Of a DNA stretch of 64,000 nucleotides, positions 13,340 through 25,139 are shown in pieces. How positions within the stretch are numbered: the first letter of the stretch is position 1; each line of letters begins with the position of its first letter. The translations under genes and the position numbers were made by a program. This stretch comes from Macrostomum lignano. Its lineage: Eukaryota. The notes under the pieces are model-generated. The model was given only the letters and a program-made list of their open reading frames with translations. It was not told the DNA's origin and did no database searches. The stretch is from the NCBI GenBank assembly GCA_002269645.1, contig NIVC01003237.1, positions 13,621 through 77,620 of the forward strand, given 5' to 3'.

Positions 13340-13728
13340 CTTATGTCAGCGCTTATGTCAAATCAGCGCTTATGTCAGTGCTTATGTCAGCTCAGTGCTT
13401 ATGTCAGCTCAGTGCTTATGTCAGTGCTTATGTCAGCTCAGTGCTTATGTCAGTGCTTATGTCAGCTCAGTGCTTATGTCAGTGCTTATGTCAGCTCAGT
13501 GCTTATGTCAGTGCTTATGTCAGCTCAGTGCTTATGTCAGTGCTTATGTCAGCTCAGTGCTTATGTCAGTGCTTATGTCAGCTCAGTGCTTATGTCAGTG
13601 CTTATGTCAGCTCAGTGCTTATGTCAGTGCTTATGTCAGCTCAGTGCTTATGTCAGTGCTTATGTCAGCTCAGTGCTTATGTCAGTGCTTATGTCAGCTC
13701 AGTGCTTATGTCAGTGCTTATGTCAGCT
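13340..13728. repeat. 29-bp composite repeat (GTCAGTGCTTAT + GTCAGCTCAGTGCTTAT)
   Basis: Alternating 12-bp and 17-bp subunits. Confidence 0.95.
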
Positions 13729-14810
13729 ATATCGGTTCAAATTCGATAAGTGTAATAACTATAGTATCGAGATAATTCGGCATGCCGCTGTGACGCCGAA
13801 TGGAGACAGGCTTCAGCCTTCATGGATGGCTAAACGCGTCTGCGCATAGGGAAGTCCGGGTGACAAGGGGGTTGGTTCAGGATGGAGGGCCGATTTCTTG
13901 TTACCAAGGCGCTAAAAGGTATTAGTATTCTGAGCATTCTACTCGATGCTATGTATAATATTAAGCAGCTATCACAGAGCATTCTGCACGCACTGGGGCA
14001 AACCAATCGAACCACGCCCCCTTTACCCCTCATTTTCCCTTCGTCTGTCCTCACGTTTTGACGACCTGATGGCAGAGTCGCTAGCCGCGGCAGTATCCAA
14101 ATAGATAAATTCATATGCATTTATTCCCAAATTTCTTAAAACGCTAGATCCCCCAGTTTTCCATTTCTTCATTGCTCAATTCTTCTTTCCTTTCGAGTTT
14201 GCGCAATTTGCACAGAAATTGGCCAATTTTCGCTTTTATTACGGCGGCTTAATAATAGTGCAATAATAACTCACACCTTGAGCAAACCCCCAAATAATAT
14301 TTGTTGAATGAATACAACTGCTACCAACTCTGGCTGCTGCACAAGCAGTCGTTGCGTGAATGCATGGCCATATACATTTATAATAGCATAAAATTTTAAG
14401 TCATGCAGGTTCCATGAGAACGATCCTATTGTTATACAGTCATGCTGCCTTGCATATGGGCGACAGTTTGTGTAGCATAATAGCCTGGGGAACTTTTAGT
14501 ATCCGGGCGACCCCCACCCCCCTCAGTCAGCTGGATCAAATCAGATTTTCACAAATCCAAATATAATTAGCTTATAATAAATGCATATGATAAATGGTCG
14601 ACTCAATGTTATTATCACATCATTTTGCGGAGAACTTTTTCGGCTTATACTAAATTATGGAATATAGTATAACCCAAAATATTCCGTCTTGTTAACGGAC
14701 AACTGGTAATTAATCACTTTAATAAATGACGATCTTTGTCCCTGTGGCGTCTCGAAGGGGAGTCATGGGATCATTGGGGTCATGACCCCCCCATAGACGG
14801 CCGACTAATC

Positions 14811-14892
14811 TCCCCTTCGGCGCTAAACTCTTCCCTTCGGCGCTAAACTTTCCCCTTCGGCGCTAAACTCTCCCCTTCGGCGCTAAACTCTC
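14811..14892. repeat. 20-bp tandem repeat (TCCCCTTCGGCGCTAAACTC), 4 copies
   Basis: Period 20; preceded by a G/C-run motif (GGGGTCATGACCCCCCC) that resembles a MITE end. Confidence 0.85.
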
Positions 14893-15862
14893 ACTTCTGG
14901 TGCTGAACTAGCGCCAAAATCTTCCGCTGGCGCTAAGTTTATCAATAAAAAATTGTCCAACTGTCAATTGAAAATGATATCAAGGAAAGAAGCCACCAAC
15001 CCACTGAGTTAATTATTGGATTCTTTAGGCAATCCTAGCAGCACCGAATACAATTTCCAGCTAAACTATTGTATATTATATGATTATCGTTTCAATTATA
15101 TCAATTGGATAATAAATTTGTCTAAATACAATGTAATTAATTATTCAACAATTCATTCATTTGACCTGGACACACTAGTTTCAAGCTAAGGCCATAAGTG
15201 AGTGTCAAAAGTTGAGGTGAGAATGGTAAGACGGAACCCCTACTAAAGGGAAGAAGGCAGGCAAGCCTTCATTTCATGTACATTCATTCCTCCAGCGTTC
15301 TGTTGGGCCCTAACTACAGGGGGGGTAACTCTACTTACTTGTGCTTGCAAGCATGGACCCCAATTCCTGGGAGGGACCAGAGCAGGGGGCTGTGGACGAT
15401 ACTCCAGCCAACCAACCCCTTACACTCAATTTTATTACCCCCCCCCCGAAATTCCTTTGACGCCACCAACCCTTGAAAAGGCGAAAACCCTTTCTCAACC
15501 AATCCAGTCGCGGAGGGGGGTGGGTGCGAAGGGTCCAACGCCCCTACCCCACGTGGGCAGCCCGGCACAGGCAGTCCCAGCCCCTGCGGGCAGCCCAGCC
15601 CCCCTGCGTCAGTGAGCAGAAAGAGGGGGGTTGGTGTGGGTGGGGATGGGTGCGTGCTGGTGGAGGGTTGTAAAAGCTTGGTTTTAACTTCCAAACTGGA
15701 GGCTTCCCGTCCTCAAACAGCGCTTTGGCAGCCATATTTTGTGAGATATTGTGAGAGATATTTATCATTCCGCGTGTTAGTTACAACACAGTCCGCCTTC
15801 CGTCAGAGCAAATTTCAAAGCAAATTTTCTTAAATAAGTGGCTGCCAGTGACAGGCAGTATA

Positions 15863-17363
15863 ATGCACTCTAACACAAGCATATTTCAGCAACAGCAACA
15901 ACAGCAGCAGCAACAGCAGCAGCATCAACAGCACCAGCAACAGCTGTTATTGCAGGCAGCCGCTTTTGCGGCAGCAGCTGGCAGCGGCGGAGGCGGCGGC
16001 AGCAACAATGCTTCTATTGGCAAATATTCCGTTTTCACAGGTAAGAAGCGACCTGAATACCGTTGTTTGGGGAATTTTTCTTCTCTTGATTCTAATCTTG
16101 GTTTCGTATTCATGTCTGCGCTCTCTTCTACTAAAAAGCCAGTTGTGAATCATTCCATTACGGTAATAGTTTTTGAAAGCATCCGGTTTCATGCATATGG
16201 TATAGGGAGGGGTGTGCGATCCGATGTTGATACAGAAGTGTAAGTTTAGCTTGTCATAGTCTTTCTGGTTACAGTGGTGAATGATGGAAGGTAAGTCTTT
16301 GTTTCTTTTGGAAAACGGCTGGCTATGGTATAGTAGAATAATAGAATGCACTTTTGACAGAAGCTTCCCACAGCACTAATACTCGTACACAACTAACTAC
16401 TAAATATATAACGGAAACAACCGAGTCAACAGAACATTTTTAAATAGAAAAACTACACAAATTTCCATACAATTTGAGTTGCTAAAAAGTCCTGCTCTAC
16501 TCTTTCTACTTATTATGAGTAGTCTCAACCCCCCTGTTTTTCGGCAGAATAAAAAAAATTAACATTTGAGGATGTTCCCAAAAATTGGTTGGTAAAATTT
16601 AGATGCGTAGATTCAAGTCACGAAAATCCATGCTCCAGACCGTGTACACGAGAGGGGCGCCATAATATACACGAGAGGGGCGCCATAATATACACGAGAG
16701 GGGCGCCATAATATACACGAGAGGGGCGCCATATTAAGCAAACGGTGAGGAGCTTTTTACCCCCCCCCCTTAAATCAGCCCCTGTAGACTCTAGATGTTC
16801 GGCAGCAAGGTTCGGATTGTCCAAAAATGCTTTAAATTAGAACTCTATTAGAATATAAACATTCTATAGTCTATTAGAATCATAGGTGTCTCAGTCTCAC
16901 CCTTGACGTGTCTCACCTACAGAGATCACGCAGCAGCAGCAGCTACAGCGCCAGAATCAACAACACCGGCGTCACACAATGGGCTGTCCACCGGCTCGCA
17001 ATCCGCACCAGAGTGTGCAGGATGCGGAGAACACCCCCCCTGGCGGAGTTCAGGACCGGCCAGTCAAGCGGGGCCGCTACGATCAGCCGGGAGCAACAGC
17101 CCAGCAGCAGCAGCAGCAACCTTCACTGCAGACGCTACACCAACAGCAGCAGCAACAGTTGCCGATGCCTCCGCCAGGCTGGGCTACAGCGGCGGCACAA
17201 GCTCTGCGCTTGCAGATGCCGCCGCCGCCGCAGCCGCAATTGTCGCACGCAATGGGTTCGGCAGGGCCTGTGCCTGGATCGTATGGCATTGTGCAGCCGC
17301 TCTATCCGATGCTGCAGCTGTTTAGGCCCATGCAGCAGCTTCAACAACAGCAGCAGCAGCAGC

Positions 17364-17403
<40 letters not shown>

Positions 17404-20130
17404 GCACCAACACCAACAGTCGCAGCAGCAGCCTCAGCCTCCAGTCCAGGCGGCTGTCCCCAGTAGCGCAGCGGATTCGCCGCTAGACCTGACAATTCCC
17501 AAAGCTGCCGTCGCGTCGCTAGCCAAGGCGAACGGACCGGCGACTTTGTCGGCGTCCGTCTGCGGCCCGGTGCCACTGGATTTGTCCTACAATTCTGGCA
17601 GGTCGACTGGCGCATCGAGGATCGATCGGTCGCGTAAGCAGCGTCGCTCTTTGCCGCCCTCGATGCTGACGGCTCCACAGCAGCAGCGACAGCAGGGGGT
17701 GCCGATACTCAGCCCGCTGCTCTTCCCCAGCCCGACTCTGCCAACAACGACGTCAACGTCTGCAGCAGCTCCGGCCTCGTCCAGCTCAGTCGGCGTCCAT
17801 CATCAGCTGGCCGATCATCTGCCCCGTGTGGACGCCTCGCCGGAGCCTCCAGGCGTCCCGGGCTGCTCAGATTCGCAGCATTCGGCGCCAGGAGCCGTCG
17901 ACGATCCTAGCGGCGGCCGCGGCGGCCGCCAGCCGGTGACCACCTGCCACCAGTGCGGCCGCGGCTTCGTCTGCCAGGGCGACATGAACGCCCACTTCGA
18001 GCTGGAGCACCTGGCCGCGCTAATGGGCGAATTCGACCATGGCAAGTCTTGGAAATCCTCCGCCGTGGAGAACAAGGAGCTCAACGTTGAGGCGACCATG
18101 GTGCGGCTGGAGAACGGCGACACGATCGGGTTCAAGTGCCCCGAGTGCGACTACTTTGCCAAGTGGCCCACCGAGCTGCAGAAGCACATCATGGTGCACT
18201 CCAGCGCCAGGCCGCACGTGTGCGTCGTCTGCGGCTGCACCTACAAGTGGAAGTGGGACCTCGGCAGACACTTCGACCGATCGCACGAGTCGGCCGCAAT
18301 GCCCAATCCGTATAAGAAGAACTCAGCCAGGCCGTCCAGCGGCGGCGGCGGCGGCTACCCGAGCAGCGCATCAGCGGCTGCGACCTCCTCGACAGGCCGG
18401 TCAACTCCAAGGGCGCCGCGTCAAAGTGGCGGCAGCGGCAGTAGCCGTCTGGCTTCTCCATCGGCTGGCGGCTCAACGACGGCCGAGCTGCTGGCGTACT
18501 ATTCCACTCCAGCCCGGTCCGCTGCCATGGCTGCCGCTGCTGCGTCTGCCGCTGCCGCCGCCGCCGCAGCTGCCGTCGGTGAGGCCGCTGTGTCCGCCGC
18601 GGCGTCGCCGTCTGAGCCCCGAGAATTGTCGCCTCCGCCTCCGCGGCTGGTGCTGAAGTCCGAGGATGAAGACGGCGTCAATGATGACTCACAGCTGCAG
18701 CAGCAGCTCGCCTGTCCTATCTGTGGCGCACAGGTGAGTACCACTCATTTGGGGGGGGCGGGGTGAAATCCTAAACTTCACAATCCCCAAACTTCACAAT
18801 CCCCCAAACTTCACAATCCCCCAAACTTTACAATCCCCAAACTTCACAATCCCCCAAACTTTACAATCCCCAAACTTTACAATCCCCAAACTTCACAATC
18901 CCCAAACTTCACAATCCCCCAAACTTTACAATCCCCAAACTTCACAATCCCCAAACTTTACAATCCCCAAACTTCACAATCCCCAAACTTCACAATCCCC
19001 AAACTTCACAATCCCCCAAACTTTACAATCCCCAAACTTCACAATCCCCCAAACTTTACAATCCCCCAAACTTTACAATCCCCAAACTTCACAATCCCCC
19101 AAACTTCACAATCCTCCAAACTTCACAATCTCCAGAACTTCACAATTTCCCAAACTTCACCATTAGCTCGAATATACAATTTATTACGTTATCAAATTTG
19201 CAGACTCGCTGGCCGGACGAGCTGAAGACTCACGTTGTCGGGCACAGCGAGTTCCGGCCCTACCGCTGCAGCGGCTGCCCCTTCGCCAGTCGCGAGCGCT
19301 CCGAAGTTGTCGCTCACATCGAAGCCTCCTGCTGCGAACCCGCTGGCGCCGGGCACCACCCAGCCGACTCGACGGTGCTGTGCGAGCCGCCGCCGCTCCT
19401 CGTCGGGGTGTTCGCCGACGGCGCCGAGGTGGCCGACTACGCAGAGAGGGCCGCTAGGCGTCAGCGGTTGCAGCAGTTCGATGGCGATGACGAAGAGGAC
19501 GAAGCAGCAACGGCCGGAGAGGCAGAAGAGGCGAATGACGACTCGAGAGATGAAGATGCCAAGGTGAGACTTGGTGAGCCTGTGCACTGTTGCTTCCCTT
19601 TATAGCCTTATATCTTCATAAGTGGTTTGATTTCTGCTCATGAAGCTCTTCTAGTTTAGGTTCATTTCTGCTCATAGAGCTGTTCTAGTTTAGATCCATT
19701 TCTGCTCATAGAGCTGTTCTAGTTTAGGTTCATTTCTGCTCATAGAGCTGTTCTAGTTTAGGTTCATTTCTGCTCATAGAGCTGTTCTAGTTTAGGTTCA
19801 TTTCTGCTCATAGAGCTGTTCTAGTTTAGGTTCATTTCTGCTCATAGAGCTGTTCTGTTCATTTCTGCTCATTTAAATATTCTACAGTTCCATAGCTAAA
19901 AATCGAAGGCTAACATCAAGTTCCGTCACCTTTACCAGGCCACTTCGCTGCTCAAATCAGAGCCCGGCTCGCCAGCAGAAGCTCCATCTTCCTCGGTCAG
20001 GGAGCCGCCTGAGATGCCCCGAGTTGGCAGTCCAACCGTTGCCAAGCGGCTTGACGCGCCGCGGTCTTGTGACAGCAGCAGCAGCAACAGCGGCAGCGGC
20101 GGCTCTAAAGAGCTTGCAAATCAATTTTAA
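15863..20130 (+). CDS. C2H2 zinc-finger transcription factor, 846 aa, with poly-Q tracts and two PxDL(S/T) CtBP-binding motifs; exons 15863-16040, 16923-18733, 19204-19563, 19939-20130
   Basis: All introns are GT-AG with consistent phases (1,0,0); exons total 2541 nt = 847 codons. Fingers: CHQC..H..EH, CPECDYFAKWPTELQKHIMVH, CVVCGCTYKWKWDLGRHFDRSH, and CPICGAQ|TRWPDELKTHVVGH (a C-x2-C-x12-H-x3-H finger rebuilt only by splicing), plus CSGC..H..SC. Linkers are SARPHVC and SEFRPYRC. Confidence 0.88.
16644..16785. repeat. 23-bp repeat x4 (TACACGAGAGGGGCGCCATAATA) followed by a hAT-like terminus; probable MITE remnant in intron 1 of the zinc-finger gene
   Basis: Period 23; ends CCCCCCCCCCTTAAATCAGCCCCTG (reverse complement starts CAGGGGC). 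The partner end was not found. Confidence 0.55.
18768..19162. repeat. 15/16-bp intronic minisatellite (CCCCAAACTTCACAAT)
   Basis: Fills intron 2 of the zinc-finger gene. Confidence 0.95.
19630..19872. repeat. 34-bp intronic minisatellite (ATTTCTGCTCATAGAGCTGTTCTAGTTTAGGTTC)
   Basis: Period 34 (19681 and 19715); lies in intron 3 of the zinc-finger gene. Confidence 0.93.
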
Positions 20131-21949
20131 CTAGCAAGGCTGCTTGAACAGACAAAAAGACACTGTATGTCCGATTCTTTGTTATCTTTTCCCACGGCTT
20201 AATATTATTATTTTTGCCCTCAGAAACATTGAAAACTTGTTCTTGCGAATCCTGTCGTTCTTCCCGTCTTGGTTTGCGCTCTTTGTGCGGCACATACAAC
20301 CTGTACATACAGGCATGTAATTTTTGTTTCCGAGCAGACTAATTAATTGCTGTATGCTGTAAAAGATGAAAACTGTAAAACAAATTTTACCGGCGAAATC
20401 TGACACGACGTATGCTCACTGTTAACGTCTTGGCTTCCTTTCCTCCCCTCCGATCCTGTTGCTGGCTGCAGCCGCATTCTAGGACGCCCCCCCCGATACA
20501 CCAGAGAACTGTTCCCATTCCCCATCTTTGTTTACATGTGCCTTTTTGCATGTTTACATCTATCAATAGACGCGTGCGCAGCCTCTGTTTAGCATTGAAA
20601 CAATTCCGCGAACGTCCGCAACTAGGAAGTTTTTGGTGCTTGCGAAAATATTAAATCATTTCTATTCTCTCTTTTTTGTCCTTCATGCACGTACATGTTA
20701 TGCAGCCACCCGCTACTGTAGCAATGTGTTTTGCACCTGTGTGTATCCAAAAATACAGTGAAATTGCTTTGCGTTCAACAGTTTACATGGAAACCATAGA
20801 TACATATGCAGGCTTAAACATATATTGATAGTGTTTTTCTCAATTAAATTCATAATAGGTAATCAAAGCACTGATTATGATTGCTGCAACACTCATACAA
20901 GGTCCAGAGGGGGAAAATAGGAATTGAAAAGGGAGGCCCATTGAAAACGTTACCGTGACAAGAATTGCTAGAGTCATTGCAAACAACAATCTATACTAGC
21001 GACTCTTGTGACTCAAACGATTGTGTAATGCGACTGTTGGTCGACACGAGCGCATCACGCGAGTTGGAGAATCGTAAGAGTGGCGAAAAGGTCATCAAAA
21101 ATCGTTGTATTAGCGCTTAACTTTCTACTAACTCGAGTAGACTAAATAGAGCTGTTATAAATTCAAAATGCGATTCTAATTTATGATCTGACGCAGATGC
21201 GCTTAGCGTATTTGCGACGCCACGCAACTCAGCGATTCCACAGCGACTCTGGCCCCAGGGTCGTGGGGGCGTCGCCCCGGAGTCATTCTGCATCAAGTTT
21301 GCTGCATCAATTCAATTGGTTTAAATTGCAGATTAAACGACTTGAAGGCAACAAGTTTCTTAGAATCAATCACGCACTTTCTCCCAAAGCCGGAACTGCC
21401 GGACTCTGCGCGGCGGTGCTGCCGAGGCTAGCGGGGATCCCTTCAACATCAGTTTTTATTGTTTGTTGAAAAAAGAGAACCAAACACAAACGAACAAGTA
21501 AACGGTAGGACAAATATGACAGAACACAATAAAAAACATTTAGTAAGCAGAAGCACACAGAACAGTTGAGAAAAGTCTTACAGACAAGCAATTGCTGCTT
21601 TTAAAAAGAGAGAATAGAGAACGCACACACTAGTCAAAGCAAAGTGTTAAATAATTAAAGTTTTTTTGTCAAAATTACATGGAGGTTTTGCACGGGGAGA
21701 CAAACTGAACAAAACAAACTAGAAGCAGAAATCGGAAAAATAAAAACAAATATTTATTTTGAAAAAACTGAAACAAAACGCGGTTCTGTACATGCAGGGG
21801 GATTAATAGATAAGAGCCGGCCCGCGAAGTCTCTCTATGCGGCCCTCAGGTTCTTTGAAACTGCCCAATAGCAATCCGGGTTTTTTCTTCTCATCTCTCC
21901 TCTCTCCTCTCTCCCCTCTTCTCTCTTTTATCTGCCCTTATTGGGGATA

Positions 21950-22290
21950 GCAGCCAGGGTAAAAACCTTAGAGGGTAGCGACCAGGGTAGAACACCTTAG
22001 ACAGAGGATAGCGGCCTGGGTAGAACACCTTAGACAGAGAATAGCGGCCTGGGTAGAACACCTTAGACAGAGAATAGAGGCATGGGTAGAACACCTTAGA
22101 CAGAGGCTAGCGGCCTGGGTAGAACACCTTAGACAGAGGCTAGCGGCCTGGGTAGAACACCTTAGACAGAGGCTAGCGGCCTGGGTAGAACACCTTAGAC
22201 AGAGGCTAGCGGCCTGGGTAGAACACCTTAGACAGAGGCTAGCGGCCTGGGTAGAACACCTTAGACAGAGGCTAGGGTGGAAAACCAGAC
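21950..22290. repeat. 33-bp minisatellite (GGTAGAACACCTTAGACAGAGGCTAGCGGCCTG)
   Basis: About 10 copies; source of the LCLRCSTQAAS repeat ORF. Confidence 0.95.
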
Positions 22291-22719
22291 AGGGTAGCGA
22301 CTTTAATAGACTCATAATTACATTTTTAAATACATTGAGCGAGAAGCGAACGGCGATAAAAAAGTATTATATAATTGCAAACTTGATACTTTATTAATTA
22401 AAGTAGATTATGTAATTGTAAAAACAGAGCAGCCATATACCGGAAACCAACAATGACCATGGGCGCGTGCACACAAAGCGAGAATTTAAAGCATAGTAAA
22501 AAATTAAATTTCATACATCAATGTTGGCGAATGATTGGGTATTAATGGGGAGTTTATCATTTTTGCTAATCAACTAATACTTAGATAAATTTTGGGAATA
22601 AACACACTGCACACACATATACAAATATATATATTTCACAAATCCACGTACAGATAAGATTACACAACAGAAATCCATAGCTTAGAAAATCTGAATAAGA
22701 AAATATAGATTTATTAGTT

Positions 22720-22721
<2 letters not shown>

Positions 22722-22782
<61 letters not shown>
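22722..22782. repeat. (CA)n microsatellite
   Basis: Directly visible. Confidence 0.98.
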
Positions 22783-22784
<2 letters not shown>

Positions 22785-23552
22785 TCAGACATACACGGTG
22801 TCAACGGTGGGAAAAAGCGATAGCGTAAAAAATATTGTAATACGAAAAAGAAGAAACAGGCGCAAAACTGCTAGCAGTAGTAGTAGTAGCAGCGCGTCAA
22901 CTAAAATTGGGTAGAAAAACAGAAAAAAAAACAAAAAATGGTTTTTTTGATCAGAAGCAAAAGATTTTTAATTTTCAGTTTTACACAGAGACGCGCGATT
23001 ATGTGTAGATCATATTTATAAGGGTAATGCAGCATTGGCCCAAATCAATTGGGGCGCATGCGGACCCGCTGGGCTGAGAGTGTCCAACTTATCTAATTTC
23101 CGCTACGTTATGTTACTAACAGTAGTCTGTTGAGAAGTAACATAAATTTGTATAGATTGAAGGCGTTCTGCATGCGGCAATCTTTATTCTGCTCCCACCA
23201 GGCCCAATATGCATATGAAAACAAATTAATGAGTGAAAAAAATAATAAGACAAACTATACGAACAACTTCTGATGAAAAAATCAAAATATAACACAAAAG
23301 TACAGTTATATGAAGAGAAGAGTTCAACAATCAACAAATAGTTAATATAACTGGCATTACAAAATCACACACGCACACACCTAGAGCTCAAAATAGGGAC
23401 TGCACACTGCCAAATATTTGGTTTTAAACATTTTAGCAAAGAAGAAACCAATGTAAAGATTAACTTCCATAGTATCCTTACTGATAGTAAGCAGTGCATT
23501 CAAATTAAAGATGATATTTAACAAAACTAGTACTAGTTCAAATTCAACATAA

Positions 23553-25139
23553 TTAAGAGGGCGAGTTGCCTTCCAGTTCGCGTTTCTCATAGTGACTAAA
23601 GTCGTCAAAGATGCTGGTACTGTGCCTATAGGACCTGATGATGCCGAGCACCTGGCGGCCCTGCTCAATAGGCACGTTTGTGCAGTCGCGAGAATTAGTC
23701 ACCGGCTTGTTCTCGTTAGTTGCCACCCGGACGTGGCGCAATTGACTATTTGGCACGTCCTTAACGTAAATCCATTTGATTTTGAACTCGCCAAGCCATT
23801 TATCCTGGCACCAGACGCCAGCATTTTTATTAACGTCAACCTGCGTTATCATCTGGGCTACGCCGCAGAAATGGCCGGACCCGTTCACTGAGAACAGCAG
23901 ATAGACTCGGCCGCCACGATTCGCTGTCCGACTGAAAGCGCCGTTGAGCACTTCGTTGCCGCGCTTTGTACTGCACCAAATCGAATATTTAATAGCTCGA
24001 TGAATATCGTCTTCGCTGTAGCTTTTAATAACGTAGAACTCTGAGTTGTCTGGCACGTCGTGCTTAGCCGGATTAATGTCCTGCTCAAGCTGGCGCAGCT
24101 GCTCCTCCGATGCAGCCGGCACGGGCTCCAGCGATTGCAACTGGCCACGATTGCCAGATGCTGGCTGCTGCTGCTGGTATTGCGGCACGTAGCCCTGACC
24201 TGGAGCCATGGAAGCCGCATTGCCGCGAGCCGGCTGCTGCTGCTGTTTCCCAGCGGCGTGACCTACAGCCAGGCCGCCAGTGCCTTTGCCTAGCGCCTTC
24301 GGATTGCCAGCCTTGTTGCCAATAGCAACCGGCACGGCCACTGGCTCGCCGGGCGCCGAGCCGCCAGACGCCGGTTTTTGAGCACCGCCGCTGGGTCCGA
24401 CAGGCGCCTGAGAGGCGGCAATTTTGGCCCAAGTTTTTGGAGCGGCGGCGCCGGCTGTCGACGTGCTCAAGGCTGGGAAGTCGACAGCTGAACTGTCGGA
24501 TTGCTGCTGCTGCTGCTGCTGCTGTTGAACGCTAAGACCGGCGATGCCCTGCTCAAGGATCGCCATCGAGTCTGCCGTGCCGTTGTTAGCGGACTGCGCG
24601 CCGGCTACAGCGGAGGCGGCTGTAGCAGCGGGCTGGTGCGGCATCGGCGCGTAGCCAGCAGGAGCCGGCGGCGGCGGCGGCGGCGGATGCGCGTAGCCGG
24701 GCCACACAGTCAAGTCGCCACTCTCGAAGCTGTTAGCAGCCGCGGCGGCTGCGGCAGCTGCAACGGGATTCCACATGCCGCCACCGTATCCGGTCTGATG
24801 CGGCGAGGCCTGCATATAGCCTGGGTAGCCGTACGAGTTGCCCTGATAGTAGCCCTCGGGGCTGTACTGCTGCTGCTGGGCGTAGTCGGCCGCCGGAGCG
24901 CCGGTTGACCAAACGGATCCAACGTCGACGCCGATTTGGCCGCCAGAGTAAGCAAAATTCTGCATCAGATAGGGCGCCTGGTGTTGACTGTAGTCTCCCA
25001 TGGCCTGGTTGTTTAGCATCCGTTCTGTTAGGTTCAAGTCTGCATGAATTTCATAAAAAGAGTTGCTTAGATGAGACAAACCTTTGAAGCTTGACGGGAT
25101 GGATGGAAGTCGGCTATGGTCTCCATTCGAACACCGCAT
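23553..25139 (-). CDS. ythdf: YTHDF-family m6A reader: low-complexity Q/P/A/G/Y N-terminus and a C-terminal YTH domain in one uninterrupted coding exon. Start is either ATG 25139 or ATG 25019, just after an AG acceptor at 25026-25025
   Basis: YTH hallmark sequences [72 protein letters not shown] and [14 protein letters not shown]. The three aromatic-cage Trp residues are intact. Confidence 0.95.
   Translation of the reverse strand: MRCSNGDHSRLPSIPSSFKGLSHLSNSFYEIHADLNLTERMLNNQAMGDYSQHQAPYLMQNFAYSGGQIGVDVGSVWSTGAPAADYAQQQQYSPEGYYQGNSYGYPGYMQASPHQTGYGGGMWNPVAAAAAAAAANSFESGDLTVWPGYAHPPPPPPPAPAGYAPMPHQPAATAASAVAGAQSANNGTADSMAILEQGIAGLSVQQQQQQQQQSDSSAVDFPALSTSTAGAAAPKTWAKIAASQAPVGPSGGAQKPASGGSAPGEPVAVPVAIGNKAGNPKALGKGTGGLAVGHAAGKQQQQPARGNAASMAPGQGYVPQYQQQQPASGNRGQLQSLEPVPAASEEQLRQLEQDINPAKHDVPDNSEFYVIKSYSEDDIHRAIKYSIWCSTKRGNEVLNGAFSRTANRGGRVYLLFSVNGSGHFCGVAQMITQVDVNKNAGVWCQDKWLGEFKIKWIYVKDVPNSQLRHVRVATNENKPVTNSRDCTNVPIEQGRQVLGIIRSYRHSTSIFDDFSHYEKRELEGNSPS

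Noticed and set aside
14746-15470. Possible MITE bounded by GTGGCGTC ... GACGCCAC
   Set aside because: Only about 8 bp of inverted match and no TSD.
16903-18744. Alternative-frame and antisense ORFs overlapping the zinc-finger gene (and likewise ythdf, robo and the GPCR)
   Set aside because: Expected shadows of GC-rich coding sequence.
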